Of a stretch of DNA of 64,000 bases, positions 1 through 8,972 are shown in pieces. The first letter of the stretch is position 1. Every line of letters starts with the position of its first letter. The DNA is taken from contig DYLH01000005.1 of NCBI GenBank assembly GCA_020722185.1, forward strand, positions 269-64,268, in the 5' to 3' direction. A model generated the notes under the pieces. The model was not told the DNA's origin. It saw nothing but the letters and a program-made list of their open reading frames with translations, and did no database searches. The translations under genes were made by a program, and so were the position numbers. The stretch is from Candidatus Avelusimicrobium gallicola. GTDB lineage: Bacteria > Elusimicrobiota > Elusimicrobia > Elusimicrobiales > UBA9959.

Positions 1-23
1 AAACTTAAAAAGAATATTTTGTG

Positions 24-73
24 ATATTAAGTTTGAGAGCTTTAAAGTTATGTTTTTTTTAACCTTAATCTCT
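24..73 (+). promoter_or_regulatory. Conserved ~50-nt upstream element, copy 1 (ends 54 nt before the lptE-like start)
   Basis: Sequence ATATTAAGTTTGAGAGCTTTAAAGTTATGTTTTTTTTAACCTTAATCTCT. By eye it is about 90 percent identical to the reverse complement of 24372-24420 (3 transitions, 1 transversion, 1 one-base gap). That second copy lies in the same orientation relative to its downstream gene. Function unknown. Confidence 0.35.
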
Positions 74-126
74 CAATATCTTAATATCTCTTTTCTTACT
101 TTTTCAGATAAACATAAGGGGGTCTT

Positions 127-705
127 ATGAAAAAATATGTACTTCTTACAGCTATCTTTTGGGCAGGATGCTCTTCTAACAATGTGATTTATCGTCCGGC
201 CCAGCAAATACTGCCAAACCACATAAAATCAATAGCAGTCAGAAATTTTTCAAATAAAAGCCAACAATTCGGTCTTGAAGAGAAATTGACATTGAAAGTT
301 ATAGATGAATTTCTAAAAGATGGACAATATAAAATAGTTCCAGAGTCTGATGCAGACGGCATATTATCTGGAGAAATAATCCATTATATACTTACTCCCA
401 TACAATATGATCAGAATATGGTTGCGGTGGTATACAAGCTCAATGTTATTGTTGGCGTAAGATTTTTAGACAAAAAAGGAAATTTTTACCTCTGGCAGGA
501 ACCAGCTTTACAGACAACAAAAATTTACTCAGCCTCCACTATGCCCGGAGGGCTTACAGAAGAACAGGCAAGAGAGCAGCTATGGGAAGTGCTCTCAAAA
601 GAAATAGTCAAAAGAACAGTTCAGGGATTTGGCGCGGCAAGCAGTGTATCAGATAAGAAAGTTCCAGATGCGCCAATTAAGGAAACTTCCACCAATCCAC
701 AATGA
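127..705 (+). CDS. lptE: LptE-like LPS-assembly lipoprotein
   Basis: Lipoprotein signal with lipobox (LTAIFWAGC). Size and the IKSIAVRNFSNKS...LEEKLTLKVIDEFLKDG pattern are typical of LptE. ATGA overlap with holA reproduces the widespread lptE-holA pairing. Confidence 0.55.
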   Translation: MKKYVLLTAIFWAGCSSNNVIYRPAQQILPNHIKSIAVRNFSNKSQQFGLEEKLTLKVIDEFLKDGQYKIVPESDADGILSGEIIHYILTPIQYDQNMVAVVYKLNVIVGVRFLDKKGNFYLWQEPALQTTKIYSASTMPGGLTEEQAREQLWEVLSKEIVKRTVQGFGAASSVSDKKVPDAPIKETSTNPQ

Positions 706-1718
706 AAAACAGTCTGGAAACTTCAATAAAAAAAGAATTTTTATCTTTCAACCTAGACAAGGCTTATTTCTTTTCAGGCGCTGATTCCTGGAGAAAAAAT
801 TTGCTTATAAAAATTTTGGAGAAATCTGAGGAATATCAAAATAATCCTTTTGACTTTATCAAAAAAGAAGTGGATGCTAAATCTCTAAGCTCATTTTTAC
901 TTGACTGCGATGCGCAACCGATGCAGTCTAAAAAAAAGGTGGCTGTTCTTAAAAGAGCAGAAAAACTTAAATCAGCTGAAATTAAAGATCTTTTGACTTA
1001 TGCCCAGAATCCACCAGATTTTCTATGTTTGATAGTTTTATATGACGAAACTTTGAGAAAAAACGATCCAATTATTGGACTGCTTGAGCAAACAGCCTTC
1101 ACTCACTGCTCATTTCATGAACTTAATGAGCAAGAGGGTGTTTTTTTCATAAAAGAAATATTTAATGAAAATAAAAGAGATATAAGCAATGACAATGCAA
1201 GATTTATATATGAAATAACAGGCGGAGACAGCGCAAGACTTCAATTTGAATGCGATAAAATAATTTCTTACGCAAAAGAAAATAAAGAAATATCTAAGGA
1301 AGATATACAGGCTTGCTCATCATTGGGGAAAGAGGAAAACCCATATGAAATAATAGATGCAATAGTAAAAGGTAATGGAGATAGAATTCTTGAAATAACC
1401 CAAGAATTGATTAGATCAAATGCCGAACCAGTATATGTTCTTTCAATTTTTACATCGGCAATGGAAAAGGTTTTTAAAATGGCCACACTAAAAGAGCTTG
1501 GATTTTCCAACGATTTCAAACTGGCATATTCACTTGGAATTTTTTATAGAGAGATGAATGATTTCAATAGAGGAAGAAGTATTAGTCGGGATAAGGCATA
1601 TAGACTTCTGATGAGATGCGCTGAAGCAGAAAATCTGCTAAAGACATCCTCAGGAAGAGATCCTTCGATACTGCTAAAAAATATAGCTTACGAAATCAAA
1701 AAATCAATGTTCTTTTAA
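702..1718 (+). CDS. holA: DNA polymerase III delta subunit
   Basis: 338 aa, delta-subunit-like N-terminal layout. Synteny directly after the lptE-like gene with a 4-nt overlap. Confidence 0.7.
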   Translation: MKNSLETSIKKEFLSFNLDKAYFFSGADSWRKNLLIKILEKSEEYQNNPFDFIKKEVDAKSLSSFLLDCDAQPMQSKKKVAVLKRAEKLKSAEIKDLLTYAQNPPDFLCLIVLYDETLRKNDPIIGLLEQTAFTHCSFHELNEQEGVFFIKEIFNENKRDISNDNARFIYEITGGDSARLQFECDKIISYAKENKEISKEDIQACSSLGKEENPYEIIDAIVKGNGDRILEITQELIRSNAEPVYVLSIFTSAMEKVFKMATLKELGFSNDFKLAYSLGIFYREMNDFNRGRSISRDKAYRLLMRCAEAENLLKTSSGRDPSILLKNIAYEIKKSMFF

Positions 1719-1723
1719 AAAAT

Positions 1724-1757
1724 AAAAACGGCCACTCTTCTCAAATGGCCGTTTTTT
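1724..1757. terminator. Bidirectional intrinsic terminator between convergent holA and rpsT
   Basis: AAAAA-CGGCCA-ctcttctcaaa-TGGCCG-TTTTTT. A GC stem flanked by an A-run and a T-run, so it reads as a terminator on both strands. Confidence 0.6.
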
Positions 1758-1771
1758 GAATATTTGAAGAC

Positions 1772-2062
1772 TTACTTGCCCGATGTCGCCGCTTTTTTAT
1801 ACATCTGGCTTAGTCTAGACTTGTATCTTGAAGCACTATTTCGATGTATTGTTCCCCTCTTAGCTGCCTTATCAAGCATTGAGCTAAGCTCGGGCAACAT
1901 CTTTGAGGCGTTCTCAAGGTCTTTTGCGGAAATAAGTTTCTTGAAATTCTTTGTCTTTTCGTGAATTTTAACTTTTATTCCGCGATTCACAGCAGCCCTT
2001 TTTTCGGCCTGCCTTACGGCTTTAATCGCGCTTGTATGTCTTCCTGTTTTAAGTTTTGCCAT
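1772..2062 (-). CDS. rpsT: 30S ribosomal protein S20
   Basis: MAKLKTGRHTSAIKAVRQAEKRAAVNR... is a typical S20 N-terminus; 96 aa, basic. Confidence 0.9.
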   Translation of the reverse strand: MAKLKTGRHTSAIKAVRQAEKRAAVNRGIKVKIHEKTKNFKKLISAKDLENASKMLPELSSMLDKAAKRGTIHRNSASRYKSRLSQMYKKAATSGK

Positions 2063-2084
2063 AGTAAGTATAGTTTATTATTTT

Positions 2085-3542
2085 ATGAGTGAAAAATCAA
2101 CCATTTTAAAGAATTCTTCAGCTCTGGCAGCTGTATCTTTTTTTTCAAAGTCTCTGGGCTACACAAGAGATGCTCTGTTTGCGTGGATATTTGGGGCAGT
2201 TCCAGCGACAGACGCCTATTATGCCGCAATGCGCTTTATAACTTTTTTCAGAAAAAATGCCTCAGAAAGCAATATAAATGCCTCTATAAGCCCTTTTTTA
2301 CATGAGAGCAAATCAAATATATCAGAATTTCGTTCTCAGCTCTCCTGCGCTGCTGCGGTAGCGGGGCTTATTGGTAGCGTGGCAGTATTTATTTTTTCAA
2401 GAGATATAGCATTCATAATGGCTCCGGGATTTGACTCAGCAAGAATAAGAACTACTGCCATCATTCTTTCAATAATGTCTATACAAATATTTTTCATATC
2501 CATAACATCTGTATGGCAATCTTTCTTGAACCATGAAGGAAGTTTCGCAAAACCAGCTCTTATACAAACATTATTTTCAATATCTGTTATTCTGTCAGTC
2601 ATAATGACAAGCAGAGCAAATACTGAAAAAGCATGTTTCATTGCCGCAACTGCCGGGACAGTTTCAGGATTGATTCAGTTTGCTCTTTTCAAAAAAGCTC
2701 TCAGAGAAAAAGAAATACGCATCTCTATAAAAATACCACAAAAAAACACTTTCAAAGCTTTAATTTCTTCTTTCTTTTCGATACTGCCCCTAAATTATGA
2801 CTACTTTTTTATAACAGTCAATCTTTTATTTTCAGCTTTTTTCCCCCAAGGAACCTTGACTGCCTTCTATAATGCGGCAAGACTCGCGCAATTTCCTCTT
2901 TCTCTAGCCTCTTCTCCAGCTGCTACAGCCGCAGCAGGAGAAATAGCTAAAAATGATTTTGATAAAAATTATATTCAAAGAGAAAAAAATTTTATAGAAG
3001 CGCTCAGAATATCCATCTTTTGGTCTCTCCCTGCCGCATTTGGACTTTACAGTATGTCTATGCCGATATCATCATTTTTATACCACAGGGGCGCATACTC
3101 AAATGAAGCAAATATTTTGACGGCGAAAGCCCTCGCCTTATTTTCAGTATCAATTCCATTCTACTCATTCAATAAGATTCTTATTTCTTTTTTTTACTCA
3201 GTAAAAAAAGAAAAACTAGCAATAAAATTCTTTTTTATATCGCTATTCGCTCTCTTTATTATTTCGATATTATTGCCTCAGAAAGAGACTTCTTCTCTCA
3301 TTTCCGCAGTTATAGTATCTATTGTTGGCTCCATTTGGGGTTTTTTTAAACTTAAGAAAAACTTCTCAATAAATTTACTCAAGATGTCAGTTTTTTTAAT
3401 TAAATGCATATTGGCTTCTTTGCTGGCCGTTTTCACTGCCACACAATTGCTTGGTTTAGGTTTAAGCATTATATTTTGCATATTAGGCGCAGTATTAATT
3501 TATTTTTCGGCTATGTCTTTTTTGAAAGAGGGACTTAAATGA
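2085..3542 (+). CDS. murJ: Lipid II flippase MurJ/MviN
   Basis: 485-aa polytopic membrane protein. N-terminus SKSLGYTRDALFAWIFGA is typical of MurJ. Divergent from rpsT, a common arrangement. Confidence 0.8.
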   Translation: MSEKSTILKNSSALAAVSFFSKSLGYTRDALFAWIFGAVPATDAYYAAMRFITFFRKNASESNINASISPFLHESKSNISEFRSQLSCAAAVAGLIGSVAVFIFSRDIAFIMAPGFDSARIRTTAIILSIMSIQIFFISITSVWQSFLNHEGSFAKPALIQTLFSISVILSVIMTSRANTEKACFIAATAGTVSGLIQFALFKKALREKEIRISIKIPQKNTFKALISSFFSILPLNYDYFFITVNLLFSAFFPQGTLTAFYNAARLAQFPLSLASSPAATAAAGEIAKNDFDKNYIQREKNFIEALRISIFWSLPAAFGLYSMSMPISSFLYHRGAYSNEANILTAKALALFSVSIPFYSFNKILISFFYSVKKEKLAIKFFFISLFALFIISILLPQKETSSLISAVIVSIVGSIWGFFKLKKNFSINLLKMSVFLIKCILASLLAVFTATQLLGLGLSIIFCILGAVLIYFSAMSFLKEGLK

Positions 3543-4843
3543 AAGTAAAACTTTCCACCCTTCCTGAAAATCCTGGAGTTTATATTTTTAGAGATCTATC
3601 CTCCTTGGTAATATATGTTGGCAAAGCGAAAAATCTAAAAAAAAGGATTTCAAGTTATTTCACTAAAACAGCTCTTGAGAGCTGGAAAACATCTTCCCTC
3701 AGAATGAGTGTTGAAAGAGTTGACTATATAGTGTGCGCGGGAGAAAGGGAAGCTCTTGTGCTTGAAAGAGAACTTATAAAAAAATACAGTCCATTTTTTA
3801 ATACTATATGGAAAGATAATAAAGAATACCCCCTGATTAAAATAACAAGAGAGCCTTTCCCAAGACTTATTTTCGTGAGAAAAAAAGAAAATGACAGGGC
3901 ACTTTACTTTGGGCCCTATCCAAAAGCTAGCATAGTAAAGAAAACTATTGCCAGATTGCAGCGATATGGCCTGATACAACTGAGAAAATGTTCATGGGAT
4001 TTCTCCCCCAAAAAGCCGCTTGAAGAGAAAAAAAGAATTGCCTGTCTATATTATCACACAGGTCAATGTCCATCTCCATGCGACCCTGAAAAAATCTCAA
4101 AAAGTGAATATCTCAGACTTGTCTCAAGAGCAGTCAAAATTTTGAAAGGAGATTATGAAAATGTCTTAAAGAATCTGCGCATAGAGATGAATGAAATGTC
4201 AGAAAAAATGGAATATGAAAAAGCGGCATACTTAAGAGATTGCATGAATGCCCTTTCACATATGGCGGAAGAAGTAAGCCTAAATGAGAAAACGGCGGAA
4301 GAACTATTAAACCGAGACAATCCATTTATAGAACTCAGGAAAATATTAGGACTAAAAAAAATACCTCTTCATATAGAAATTTTTGATATCTCAACTCTAT
4401 TTGGCAGATATGCCGTAGCCTCAAGTGTATGCTTTAACAGAGGCGAAAAAAACACCGCTCATTACAGACATTACAGGATAAAATTTAAGCCAGACAATAG
4501 GGGAGGAGATGATTTCAAGATGATGCTTGAAGCGGTCAGGAGAAGACTTAAAGAGATAAAAGAAAAAGGAGAATTGCCTCCAGACCTTTTTGTTATAGAT
4601 GGCGGCAAGGGACAACTTAAAATGGCCGCATCAGCCATAAGGGAGAGCGGACTTAAAATGGAAGTCATTTCTCTGGCAAAAAGATTTGAGGAAATATATT
4701 CTCTAGGTAAAAGAGAACCTTTCAAGCTGCCACATACCTCGCCAGCTCTTCTTTCTTTGAGGAAAATGAGAGATGAGGCTCATCGTTTTGCCGTATCATA
4801 TCACAGAAAAATAAGAGACAGAGAATTTTATGAAAAAAATTAA
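3539..4843 (+). CDS. uvrC: Excinuclease ABC subunit C, short form lacking the C-terminal (HhH)2 domain
   Basis: GIY-YIG motifs (PGVYIFRD, VIYVGKAKNLKKRISSYF, REALVLERELIKKYSPFFN). UVR motif YEKAAYLRDCMNAL. RNase H-like endonuclease region (LFVIDGGKGQLKMA). The protein ends at 434 aa, right after that region. Confidence 0.75.
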   Translation: MKVKLSTLPENPGVYIFRDLSSLVIYVGKAKNLKKRISSYFTKTALESWKTSSLRMSVERVDYIVCAGEREALVLERELIKKYSPFFNTIWKDNKEYPLIKITREPFPRLIFVRKKENDRALYFGPYPKASIVKKTIARLQRYGLIQLRKCSWDFSPKKPLEEKKRIACLYYHTGQCPSPCDPEKISKSEYLRLVSRAVKILKGDYENVLKNLRIEMNEMSEKMEYEKAAYLRDCMNALSHMAEEVSLNEKTAEELLNRDNPFIELRKILGLKKIPLHIEIFDISTLFGRYAVASSVCFNRGEKNTAHYRHYRIKFKPDNRGGDDFKMMLEAVRRRLKEIKEKGELPPDLFVIDGGKGQLKMAASAIRESGLKMEVISLAKRFEEIYSLGKREPFKLPHTSPALLSLRKMRDEAHRFAVSYHRKIRDREFYEKN

Positions 4844-5144
4844 ATCGGTCAAGGATGTATTGAAAGCTATGCAATCATATCCTGCTTTTTTTAGAAAAGT
4901 CTGGAAAGCTACAATGCAAATCCCGCCAGGAGAAACTAGAAGTTATAAATGGGTGGCAGAAAATATAGGACATCCTAGGGCGGCCAGAGCAGTGGCTATG
5001 GCGCTAAAAAAAAATCCATTTGCTCCAATAGTGCCATGCCACAGAGTTATAAGATCTGACGGTAAGATAGGTGGATATTCAGGTTTTGGCGGAATTAAAA
5101 AAAAGATATATCTGCTTGAAAAGGAAAAAGAGCAAAAAACTTAA
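4830..5144 (+). CDS. Methylated-DNA-protein-cysteine methyltransferase, DNA-binding/active-site domain only
   Basis: IVPCHRVIRSDGKIGGYSG contains the PCHRV active-site cysteine motif. 104 aa. 14-nt overlap with uvrC. Confidence 0.75.
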   Translation: MKKIKSVKDVLKAMQSYPAFFRKVWKATMQIPPGETRSYKWVAENIGHPRAARAVAMALKKNPFAPIVPCHRVIRSDGKIGGYSGFGGIKKKIYLLEKEKEQKT

Positions 5145-5157
5145 AGAATCTGAGATC

Positions 5158-7836
5158 TTACACACTAAAGCTTATTCTCTTATCTACAACTCTCTTTATT
5201 TTTCCTGTTCTTTTTATTCTTTCTATTGAATTTGGCGAAACAAGTTTAATTTCTGGCGCATCTATCCAGTTCATTTTTACACTTTCTCTTAAGTCCTCAC
5301 ACTTGTCGTAAAGTGCGCAATAGAATTTCTCTTTTATTTTTGTTTGAACGGAGTAATCAAAATCTTTTTTTGTTTCAATTTCTATCGTAAGTATATCCTT
5401 ATGCGCTTTCTTATCTATAATCACCCTAAAATTGAAGCTCAGTTCTTTCACAAGTCCTATTGCATTTTGTATATCATTGACAAAAAGATGCGCTCCACCA
5501 ACATGTATTCTGTCATCACAGCGACCAAGTATTTCAAACAAAGGTTCTTTTCTCCCACAAGAACACGGGCGCATTAGCCATCGACCCAAATCGCCAACTC
5601 TATAGCGAATTATAGGCATATGCTTCTTGTTGAGGCTTGTCACAACAAGTTCGCCTATTTCTCCATCTTTAACTGGCAAGCCTGTTTTTGGGTCTACAAA
5701 TTCTATGTACTGACTGTGCGCAAAGAGATGGTGCGCTCCTTTGGAAAGCTTACTACATTGAAAACCTATAACTCCGGCATCCGCTGTGGCATATCCGGCT
5801 GATTTCACAGAAACACCGGGAAAAACTCTCTCAAAAAATTTTACCATCTCATCGCCTACATATTCTCCACCATAAAAAATTTTAGATATCGGCAATTTTT
5901 CTTTAATTGAGTCCACATATTCAGCCATTTTTACAAGAAATGACGGCAGTCCTATTATGGAAGTCACAGAAAAATCTTTCATATACTTCACTATATTTTC
6001 AACCGGCAAATTGCTGCCTGTGGGCACTGAAATGGCTTTAGTGTATGCTATAGCCTTCTCGACAGAAAGCCAGCTAGACCATAAATTTCCAGCAACAAAA
6101 AGGTTGGCTATTACATCATTCTCGTCAAGTCCTGCCGCCTCATAAGCATAGGCCAACATTCTGCAAGTACGCTCATATTCGTGCTGATCATAAAAAACAT
6201 ATTTTGGCTGGCCCGTGGATCCTCCGCTTGCAAAATAAATGCCTCTTCTAGCCCTTGATGTCAAAAGCGCCTCGCTTTCTGGCGGAGTATTTTCCAAAAC
6301 ATGATGTTTTTCAAGAAATGGCAATTTGCTAAAACTTTTCAAATCCAAAACGGGAGGGCATTTTCTATAATAGTTTGAATAAAATTTGCTTTTTTCCTTG
6401 GCTAATTTCACAATCTCTATCAATCTGTCTTCATTCTTTGGCCTTCCCTCAATAGCCACCCAATTGACCATATTCATCATTGGGAAAACTCCGTCATGAG
6501 GAGAACCAGTCTTGCCCTCAAGCATATTTCCAAGAGAGACAAATCTTGCAAGATCCAAGTCAAAAAACTTCTCTAATACGGCTTTTTTTTCAATAATATT
6601 TCCGCCTATGCCAACGGTTTGCAAATATCCTCTATACGGGAGAAGTTCTTTTTTAACAGAGTCTAAATCTGGAGCTGTTTTAAGAAACAATACCCTATTT
6701 AGGGGAGAAATCCTATAGGCTGGATCTTTTTCTAATATCACAGTCCAATGAGAAGAAGGAAATGAATCTCTATAGTCAGCTTTTTTAAGCGCTTTATCAA
6801 CTTTAGCCAATTGTCTGTATTTTGTTATTTCTGCCTCCTCATCAGGGGTAAGCTTTCCCTGGGGAAGTTTTTTTTGGAAGTCTTCAAAAGCTTTCTGAAG
6901 TGTTTCAAGCAATTTTTCCGCCTTTCTCTCTGGAGATTTACTTGAAATTAAATAAATTGTGTGCATGTTTGAACATGCGGATTGATCCCACATAGCGCAG
7001 TCTTTTACAATCTTTTCTGAAATTTTTTCATACCCCTCTTTTTCAAGTTGACTTTCAAAAAGCAATCCAAAACTTGTTTTTGGGCCAAACACTTCAACTT
7101 TGACTCCCAGAGGAGCAATTTTTTTGTAAGATTCTACGGCTTCAGCTCCCCCCCAGACAAAAACAATGTTTGATTTTGAGACTATCTCTTTTTCCAATTC
7201 CTTTTTCCCACCGCCCCAATTCAATATTGCAAATGAGTCATAAATCAGCTTTTTTTCATCGGCCTCTTTAAGAGCTGAAGCAAAGATATTCAAAAAATTA
7301 GACCCCGATGAAGATAACTTCACAATATTGACATTTTTTGTAACCATACCTAAAAGAAGAGAGTCCAGTATGCCAAGAAACACATTCCCCGCGCCTATGT
7401 GTAAGGCTACACCTTTGGGCAAAGCCCTTATCAAACCATCGTAGCCATGCCTCTCCATAGGCACATCAACCGCATATGGGAAAAACATTTCCAGACTCAT
7501 TCTCTTTGAAATCTCGTTTTTAGAAAGAAGCGAAGGTATTATTTTAAGAGTTTCATCTATCATTGGTTGAGAGAAAGAAACCGTTTCTTTCAAATGAGAA
7601 TAGGCGGCTTTGTAAAATGGAGAATTCCTATCTGAGAATTTATGCCCCACTTTTGACAATACAGAAACTATATAATCTCTAGGAGTTGAAAATAGTTTCT
7701 CCCTTCTTTTTTGAGCCTCAATTCCAAGAGCCTTTATCTCCTCAATAGTCCAATAATCTTTATTTGTTTCCTGGCCAAATATATAAGTATTTTTTATTTC
7801 CATATTCAAAGCATTTGAGAAGCGCTGACTGCGCAT
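5158..7836 (-). CDS. Fusion protein: LuxC-like acyl-CoA reductase (N-terminal) plus PaaK/F390-synthetase-like adenylate-forming enzyme (C-terminal)
   Basis: N-terminal half has HIGAGNVFLGILDSLLLGMVTKNVNIVKLSS and WDQSACSNMHTIYL, which look like the LuxC/ALDH-type catalytic Cys region. C-terminal half has FASGGSTGQPKYVFYD (AMP-forming P-loop), then YATADAG and RYRVGD. Alternative start ATG at 7803 (M12) lies 2 nt after the upstream stop. Confidence 0.6.
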   Translation of the reverse strand: MRSQRFSNALNMEIKNTYIFGQETNKDYWTIEEIKALGIEAQKRREKLFSTPRDYIVSVLSKVGHKFSDRNSPFYKAAYSHLKETVSFSQPMIDETLKIIPSLLSKNEISKRMSLEMFFPYAVDVPMERHGYDGLIRALPKGVALHIGAGNVFLGILDSLLLGMVTKNVNIVKLSSSGSNFLNIFASALKEADEKKLIYDSFAILNWGGGKKELEKEIVSKSNIVFVWGGAEAVESYKKIAPLGVKVEVFGPKTSFGLLFESQLEKEGYEKISEKIVKDCAMWDQSACSNMHTIYLISSKSPERKAEKLLETLQKAFEDFQKKLPQGKLTPDEEAEITKYRQLAKVDKALKKADYRDSFPSSHWTVILEKDPAYRISPLNRVLFLKTAPDLDSVKKELLPYRGYLQTVGIGGNIIEKKAVLEKFFDLDLARFVSLGNMLEGKTGSPHDGVFPMMNMVNWVAIEGRPKNEDRLIEIVKLAKEKSKFYSNYYRKCPPVLDLKSFSKLPFLEKHHVLENTPPESEALLTSRARRGIYFASGGSTGQPKYVFYDQHEYERTCRMLAYAYEAAGLDENDVIANLFVAGNLWSSWLSVEKAIAYTKAISVPTGSNLPVENIVKYMKDFSVTSIIGLPSFLVKMAEYVDSIKEKLPISKIFYGGEYVGDEMVKFFERVFPGVSVKSAGYATADAGVIGFQCSKLSKGAHHLFAHSQYIEFVDPKTGLPVKDGEIGELVVTSLNKKHMPIIRYRVGDLGRWLMRPCSCGRKEPLFEILGRCDDRIHVGGAHLFVNDIQNAIGLVKELSFNFRVIIDKKAHKDILTIEIETKKDFDYSVQTKIKEKFYCALYDKCEDLRESVKMNWIDAPEIKLVSPNSIERIKRTGKIKRVVDKRISFSV

Positions 7837-8972
7837 CCTTTAAGTTTTTTTACTCCCGCCCTTCCTTTCACCACAAGCACAGGGCCTTTCAATCCACAAG
7901 GACATTTTTCTTCAATACTCCCCCAATCACTTGAAAGCAGAGACAATGATGGATATGAAGTCAGATATGGCGTCATAAACTGAAGAAGCCCAACTTCGCC
8001 AAAAGGCATAGGTTTAAGCGATATGGGATGCCTTGGAATAACTTTTCCATATATTGGTATATGAAAATTTCCAAACTTGCAATCCACATATGGAACTCCA
8101 TGCTCAACCATACCGAAAAGATCTCTGACATTTTCCTGTGAAATCCCAAGGTTGTCCGCAAGTATTTTTCTGTAAATTTTTTTATCTATTGCTTCATTAG
8201 CCAGAGTCTTCCAACCGCCTCCGGTTATTACAAAAGAGACTGGATTTATTTTTGGATAAGAGCCAAATCTTTTCTTGTACTCCTCAGTCAGCTTTAAAAC
8301 AAAAGCAGGGAAACCTATGAGACGTAGCGACTTTTGGCTAATTTCACAATCTCGCAACTTTTCAATAGAAGCCTCTATATCGAAATAAAATTCTTTTTTT
8401 ACCTCACTCCACTTAAAGGCATAAAATACTTCTCCAGCCTTTGTAAATGATGTCAACAATTTGTCAGTCCACGCAGTCCCCACATCTTTGGCAACATTGG
8501 GATCATATGTCAGGCATATATAGTCATATTCCCTATCCATATCGCAAAGACCAAGCGCGTCAAAAACATTCCACGCCATACGCCTGACTCTTAGCAATGA
8601 CCCCATGTCTAGTTGCATTCTGCTAATTTGCCCGCTTGTGCCGCTTGATTTCAATTCAAGAACCATTTCTTCTTTTTTAAGAAAAGCTAGGTCTCTTTCT
8701 TTTAGAGCATTTACAGAAATAAAAGGGAATTCAGCTTTTGAGTAATCATTCACCTTTTCAATATCAAAGCTATGTGTTGTGAAATAAGCTCTTAAAAAAG
8801 ATGAGCTTTTTAACTGTATCCTGAATGCTTCTTTCATTGCCTCAAGAAAAGCTTTTTTGTCCTCAACAGAATAAGAAAAAGGATTTCTATCAATGAACTT
8901 ATCTAAAACGGCGCTGGATTTTAATGGTCTTGAAGGATGAGGAAGCTTTCTTTCTATTTCAAGTTCTTTCAT
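7806..8972 (-). CDS. LuxE-like acyl-protein synthetase / adenylate-forming enzyme
   Basis: LKSSGTSGQISRM adenylation motif near residue 108. Size and layout are typical of the LuxE family. Overlaps both neighbours. Confidence 0.55.
   Translation of the reverse strand: MKELEIERKLPHPSRPLKSSAVLDKFIDRNPFSYSVEDKKAFLEAMKEAFRIQLKSSSFLRAYFTTHSFDIEKVNDYSKAEFPFISVNALKERDLAFLKKEEMVLELKSSGTSGQISRMQLDMGSLLRVRRMAWNVFDALGLCDMDREYDYICLTYDPNVAKDVGTAWTDKLLTSFTKAGEVFYAFKWSEVKKEFYFDIEASIEKLRDCEISQKSLRLIGFPAFVLKLTEEYKKRFGSYPKINPVSFVITGGGWKTLANEAIDKKIYRKILADNLGISQENVRDLFGMVEHGVPYVDCKFGNFHIPIYGKVIPRHPISLKPMPFGEVGLLQFMTPYLTSYPSLSLLSSDWGSIEEKCPCGLKGPVLVVKGRAGVKKLKGCAVSASQML

Noticed and set aside
1764-1964. 66-aa plus-strand ORF
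   Set aside because: It is antisense to the unambiguous rpsT gene.
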